Positions 55,663 to 64,000 of a stretch of 64,000 bases of DNA are shown piece by piece. The number at the start of each line of letters is the position of its first letter. Positions within the stretch are counted from its first letter, which is position 1. The stretch spans positions 523,067 through 587,066 of the forward strand of contig CT868318.1 of the NCBI GenBank assembly GCA_000165425.1, written 5' to 3'. Under the pieces are notes generated by a model that made no database searches, was not told the origin of the DNA, and saw nothing but the letters and a program-made list of their open reading frames with translations. The position numbers were made by a program, and so were the translations under genes. Source of the stretch: Paramecium tetraurelia (lineage: Eukaryota).

Positions 55663-56045
55663 ATGTCTGAAGAAAATATTAGTTAAAGAAATTAGTTTGA
55701 GCTTGTCAAGCATGCCAATGCAGTGAAAAGATTTGAGAATCTCGAGAAGCTTAAGTTAATTGATCGTTTAGAAACATTAGAGAAAATTAAAAAATCTAAT
55801 GATAGATTAGAAATTAAGAAATTTATGTTTCAATTACAACAAAGAATGTTTGATGCACCTGATTAGTTTTCAATTATTAAATTTTCAATAGGTCTAAAGC
55901 TAATTTTAGAGAATATGCCTAAAGAAGTGTAGAGAAATTAAAGCGTGATTCGAAACTTTCTCGCTCTCCTGATTCACGCCAGACTACAGCAGCCGAGAAA
56001 TAAACAGAAATAAAAGAAATTGAGGTTAAACCATTTAAAGTGTGA
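55663..56045 (+). CDS. Small hypothetical charged protein
   Basis: MSEENISQRNQFELVK...EVKPFKV* with one predicted 26-nt intron. Confidence 0.55.
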
Positions 56046-56393
56046 TAGTTTTAATTAGTTATATATGATTGCAATTATCCATACAAATATTAATTAGTCT
56101 AATATTCATCTAACTGGATTAAATGATGATCAATTTTTATTATTCAAAAATTATAGAATAATTTTCATATGATTATATGAATGATCAAAAATAATATTTA
56201 AACTCTTCGTATTTTTATTCAGATATCAATTCTATTATTTAGGTCTTTAAAGTAATAATATTTATCTGGCCATATAAAATCATTTCAATAAAATGAAATT
56301 AATCATTTTGTAGATAGTTTTGAATATCTTTCTATGATTGATCATGTAAAATAATACAAAGATTATATGCAATAATTATTCAGCTTTAAGTCA

Positions 56394-56945
56394 TCATAAA
56401 TATGATCTTAAGAATATTTTTTTTTTCAAAACATTTACTTTTCTATTAATACTATTTTTAGGACTCAAAGCAACATCAAAATGAACACTTTTTACTGATT
56501 TTTAAACGTCTGATACTTATTGAAAATATTATGATTTATTATTGATAAGTTCTTTTTTCTTCAAAATGCTACGAATTCCTTAGCTTTAAAAAGAAGTAGA
56601 TAACTTTGTAGTTAATGATCTTGTTTTTTTGGAAGGTTTTTGTTTGCTTTTACTCTTCAGGTAATAGGAAGTCAAATTTTCTTTTGAAATACTCAAAATA
56701 TCAACATGAGGTGAATAAGATTTAGACTTTCGTTTATTTTTTGTGATTAGACGATCATATTGTTCCATGACCAAAAATAATGCAAAGTCATCTTCTTCTT
56801 GAAGAGGCAGAATTTGTTCCAAAGGAATAGGTTTTTTGAGATCTGCGACGAAAATTTGAAAATTGGTGTTTCTTTGTTCCATTTTTAGCTTCATTTCTTA
56901 AATTGGGTCTTAAGGAGTTTTGCAACAGCAAGGTTATGAACCCAT
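56394..56945 (-). CDS. Acylated SILK/RVxF protein 1 (183 aa), putative PP1 targeting subunit
   Basis: MGSQPCCCK start; GIRSILKKK...KSVHF; intronless. Confidence 0.75.
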
Positions 56946-57580
56946 ATGTTCTATAAATTCTCTTTTATTTTTAATTAGGTTCTTAAAACCTTCTAATTAA
57001 AAATAAAGATTGTCAAGAATCATTCAGAATTTCTCATTTTTCTCAAATTGGCATAAGAAGCATAATAAGAATGATTATATGAAGCATTACAATATTTCAA
57101 ATAAACTTGTCACTTTACTGATTAGATTTGTCTTATGAATAAAATTGTGTTATCAGTATTTCAAATTTAACCCAAAATATGAATGCATAGTTTTGATTAT
57201 TCAACAAGTATGCTGTTAGAAATTGCAAAAGCAAATCTGTGAACAAGCTATTGAGATATTGCTTTGATTTTCTTTAGAAAAATTAATAAATATTTTTTGT
57301 TTAATAAATTTACTACTTGTTTGTAGTAATTATTATAACAAATAAAATTAATTTAATATAGATATAGAGTAATTACATTATTCTTTAATTTGTAATAGAT
57401 TTTTGATATCGTGCTTCCTATTATTATTGTGTCTAGTATTTTAAATTTATTTAGCAATTGCAATTTACAAAGTTGGTTATTAAATGAATATTTGAGATAA
57501 TGATTGAATAAGAATAATTATTTGTGATTAGAATGAAATTACATTTCATATACACATAAAACAAGTAGTATAATAACAAA

Positions 57581-58108
57581 TCAAATATATGAAACTATCT
57601 TATATCCAGTTTACTTTGGTAATAGCTTATACTTTTATAACAATTTTTCTGAAAACCTAACTCTTTTTTATTATGAAGAATTTCTTTTTTCCTAATCCTA
57701 AATCACTTCTTTATTTTTTAGAATGCTCTTAGGTGGTATTTCAGGGAGAATGTTGTGAATAAATACACTTTTTGATCGATTTTTAATTCCATCAGTTTTG
57801 TTATTTGCATTTAAATCAGTTATTTCATCTAGCTCTCTTTGAGAATGATTTTTTGTTTCTTGCTTGTAGATCGACTCAACTATACTGATATTTGTTTCTA
57901 CATCGTAATTCTATTTATCTTCATCTTAAGGGAGTTATAATTTAAGTTCATTTATAGTTTCAGTTATCACTGCACACTACTATTGATAAGTCTTCTTAGA
58001 ACTCTTATTCTTAAAGCATTCTCTCTTAATTGTACGTTCTCTTAAATCTGTTATTGATGAATCACAATTTGATATATTTTTTGCACATATCTATTACATT
58101 TGCCCCAT
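57581..58108 (-). CDS. Acylated SILK/RVxF protein 2 (175 aa), putative PP1 targeting subunit
   Basis: MGQMQQICAK start; PPKSILKNK...KRVRF; intronless. Confidence 0.75.
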
Positions 58109-58230
58109 TTAAGTAATTATATTTATATAAATAAAGAAATTAATAAAAAGAAAAGAAAATCTTTAATTCTTACCTCCTCTATGATTAATAAAATTTTATA
58201 TAAAATAAACTCTTATTCAAATATTAACAT

Positions 58231-58737
58231 TCAGATTTTAGTATTACATTATAAAATGAAAGGTAAGAAGGAAACTTTATTATTTTTAAATCTTTTCTAT
58301 AATTGAGATTCCTGAGTATAAGATCGTTTTTTCAATATACTGGTAGGCTTATATGTTGCGTGTGATTGTTTCGATCCATTGTTAATAAGTTAATTGGCAC
58401 TTAAGGATCTGTTATATAGTAATTTTCTCCTTTTGAAGTGCTTTGCGTTCTTAATAGATTCTTTATTCATTTATTATTTATTATCAGCCGAGATCGAACG
58501 ACTTCTAATATTAGAAGAGCAATGAAAGCTTGTGCTTATTGATTTTCTAATAATTAACTATTCATATGTTGCCATAATTTCAAGTAATGAAGCATCATCA
58601 TCTTGATTGATCTGAACAGCTTAATTAAAAAGTGGTTATTTAAAAAAAGTCACATGCATTTCATTATCATTTATAGTATCTTATTACCCATTAGAATAAG
58701 ATTGAGGGCAGCAAAAACAACTAGGATATGTTCCCAT
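58231..58737 (-). CDS. Acylated SILK/RVxF protein 3 (168 aa), putative PP1 targeting subunit
   Basis: MGTYPSCFCCP start; PTSILKKR...NKVSF; intronless. Confidence 0.75.
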
Positions 58738-59539
58738 TTTATATAACTTAATTAATTTAAAGAATATTCATATTAACTCATTTTATATGAGACCAAAAAA
58801 GAAGAATATTCTTGAACTTTTTATATAATTATTAGAATTCAAGAATACTTTTCTATTCAAATCATCTTCTTAGTCATTTGATTAAAGTCTACTCTTAAGA
58901 TACATGATAATTTTTAATTTAATCAAATTTTGTTACACAAAATGTCATTTGTTTTTACAAAATGAAAATTTGAATAATTTTATGCTTCCTGCATCTAATT
59001 AACTTTAATATTGCATTATTCGAATTAATTTATGAGCAGCACTTAATGGATATCTATCAAATCAAAAGAAAACTCAGCGACTATTATCCTTAATAAATTT
59101 AAAATTTTATTATTTTATAAGAATTTTCTTTATCTACAAATAGTATATTGATGGAGAGAATATTTTAAGTCTTTTAATAGTAAACCTAAAAGAACTGTTT
59201 AGATTAAATCTTCCCTTGATATTATTTAAGCTAGAAAATACTATGAAAATTTAAATTTCTTTAAAGTTTTGATTAATACAATCTAGTTTTTATTAACTCT
59301 TTTTTATTTATTCCATAATCTTAATCAAATTGTACTGATAATAGTAAACTATTTATCCATAAGGTTTATTATCTATTTTTGTTTGCTTTAACATTTTCAT
59401 AACATTATTGATTACTAAGCTAAACATAAGCCCCTTAATAGGGTTTTAGTTTTTGTTAATAATCAAAGAAGGAGTTAAATGGGGCACAGCATCATGAGTA
59501 ATAAGCTTTTAATATGAATAATAATAATAATAATTTAAT

Positions 59540-61995
<2,456 letters not shown>

Positions 61996-62163
61996 ATTTA
62001 TAGTAATTTTAATAACCTATTTTTAATTTTAACATTTATAATTTCTAGACTTCAAATCAAATTAAATATTGAATTCCAATTATTAGATTCAGATATTTTA
62101 GAAAATTTGAAGATAATGAGGAAAACAATAATTGAAATAATAAATAAGAGCTTAATTAATAAT

Positions 62164-63001
62164 TCATTATTTTGTATTGTATGAGCCACAGTGATTGCAT
62201 TTTAGATAGTAGTTAGAAGAGATATCATTCGAAATTTCTCTACAATCCAAGCATTTAATCTAAACCTTTTACTTCTAAACTTGAGGAGATAATAATTTTT
62301 TTGAGTCTTCAGCTAATTTATCATATTATTCAATCTCATTTAGAGTCATTTTCTTTTAATATATCTAATATTTACAAATATAGGAAAGCTACAAATTGGG
62401 CAATTTCTTTAATTGGATTAAATTAGTTAATTGAAGCATTTTGAATGAATGAAGTGAACACAATTAGGTAATTACATTATATAACTTGTAGAAGCCTTTA
62501 GATTTTACAAACAAATAGGGCAATCGTTTTCGGCGGCTTGATTTAAACATTTATGTGAATTTTATATTGATTTACTTAAACAGATGCCGCATGTATTACA
62601 ATGAAAATTGTTTTCTTTAACTCCCTAGTTTAGTATATGATAATTACTCTCCTGCACATATTACATTAATCACAATGATAAATGTCTTTATTAGGATCGT
62701 CATCATATAATTTACAAATGGAACAAAAATATTTAGCAAATTTTATTCCGCATTATATACACTTATTGGTTGGGGGTTGTTCACATAAGCATTTTCGACA
62801 TCTTATTACGGTAACATTATATCGATCCATGATTTCTGTTTTGCATCTATCAGAAGTTGATCCTTTCTAATCAGAGTCATGACAAAGCCTGCAAGGGTAA
62901 AACTTACCACAACAAGGAGCCTTCTTATCACAATTTCTTTAATAATGCTGGCAATTAGGTACTGGAGTTATTATCTTTTTTAAACAATTTACTAAAAACA
63001 T
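62164..63001 (-). CDS. CHY zinc finger / RING-H2 E3 ligase (RCHY1/Pirh2-like)
   Basis: CQHYQRNCDKKAPCCGKFYPCRLCHD, YHCDQCNMCR, CPICLQNL..CVHFIHSKC..CPIC, CNHCGSYNT; may extend upstream. Confidence 0.88.
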
Positions 63002-63059
63002 AATTTTTCAAATGACACATCATTAACTTATAATCTTTATATTCATTTATACTGAGGTT

Positions 63060-64000
63060 TAAATAATTTAGAAATTTATGTAATAGTATAATAATTGAAG
63101 ATAGCGTTTATTCATTCTAGAATACATATAGATAACTAGGCTACTAGATGAGCAGAATATTTAATAGAAAACTCTTGCATAGGTGACAGAGAAATCATTA
63201 TGTTAAAATCAATATTCCACATCATAATCCTCTTCATTCCAGAAGCAAATGGATGTATTTGGAGAGTATGAGGTAATTGTGTACCAGCTCAGATAATTTG
63301 TTAATTATTTACATCAAGCATAATATGTATATCCTACAGTAATGAGTGTATAGATATGAGAGATAATGATACTATTATCTGATATATCTTTGGGGATGTT
63401 AAACTTATTTCAGGATTGTATATTAAAATTAGTTATTGTTTTAACTCTGATAAACTTAAGATCAAAGAAGATGGCTATTCAATAGATTTTGAATTTGTTA
63501 GAAAATAATAATAATAAAACTATTTAAATTACTTTATTAGTATTGATTAAGTATCTTTTTGTCTTCCATTGTTTTGGCTATTTAGAAGAAAAACTATATT
63601 TTATTGTCGCTTTTCTGATAAATTATTATATGTTGAGAGAAAATTATTAATTAAAATATTTATAGATTTATCTTGGTTTCTGTTGAGGAAATCAGAATGG
63701 TTTTTGCTCATTAGTATTTGAATTTAGTTTAACTCAATACCTCGGTATTGTAAATTTTAGAGACAATTAGAATCATATACTCACTCATAGAATTTCAAAT
63801 TCGAAATGCTTCCTTATCTTAGTAGAAATGATAGCAGACTAATTAACAATAGTAATTAATATCTTTAAATATATATGAAAGAATGAAGAACATTGTCTTT
63901 GCTATACATGCTTTTGCTGTATTCAGACATACATTAAGAATGGTTATAGATGGAGGGTTTGAATACAGATTTGTAGGGGTTACTAAGATTCTTTAGGAAC
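63060..64000 (-). CDS. Coding-like segment running off the window; N-terminal extension of the CHY gene or a separate gene
   Basis: Long code-6 open stretch ~63290-63760 on the minus strand; splicing unresolved. Confidence 0.35.

Noticed and set aside
59151..59517. Possible small + strand gene
   Set aside because: The ATG frame closes quickly; the longer frame lacks a start and any motif

Overview
AT-rich, gene-dense eukaryotic DNA using the ciliate genetic code (TAA/TAG = Gln, TGA the only stop) with tiny 20-29 nt GT..AG introns and very short intergenic spacers. This fits a Paramecium (tetraurelia-like) macronuclear chromosome segment. The supplied standard-code ORF track only shows fragments, so genes were re-read by hand with code 6. 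About 40 genes are recognisable. Signalling and transport: ion-channel/adenylyl cyclase fusion, CNBD-type K+ channel, calcyphosin, ankyrin-anoctamin, CDPK, an intact and a pseudogenised SCP/FCP1-type phosphatase. Nuclear and RNA: two Myb factors, two CXC proteins, SR protein, La-related protein. Ubiquitin, proteasome and trafficking: AVL9-MORN, RING-CH E3, COMMD10, proteasome beta-6, SP-RING/Kelch, B-box/WD40, MRH receptor, CHY/RING E3. Structural and organellar: SFI1-like, trichocyst matrix protein, TTLL, two ciliate ATP synthase subunits, a giant coiled coil, a multi-C2HC finger protein. The strongest novel candidate is a tandem trio of small intronless genes (56.4-58.7 kb), each with an N-terminal Met-Gly/Cys acylation signal and a C-terminal SILK+RVxF pair, i.e. 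putative membrane-anchored PP1-targeting subunits; a non-acylated protein with the same motif pair lies at 9 kb. No RNA genes, transposons or telomeres were recognised. All family calls rest on manual motif recognition, not database searches.
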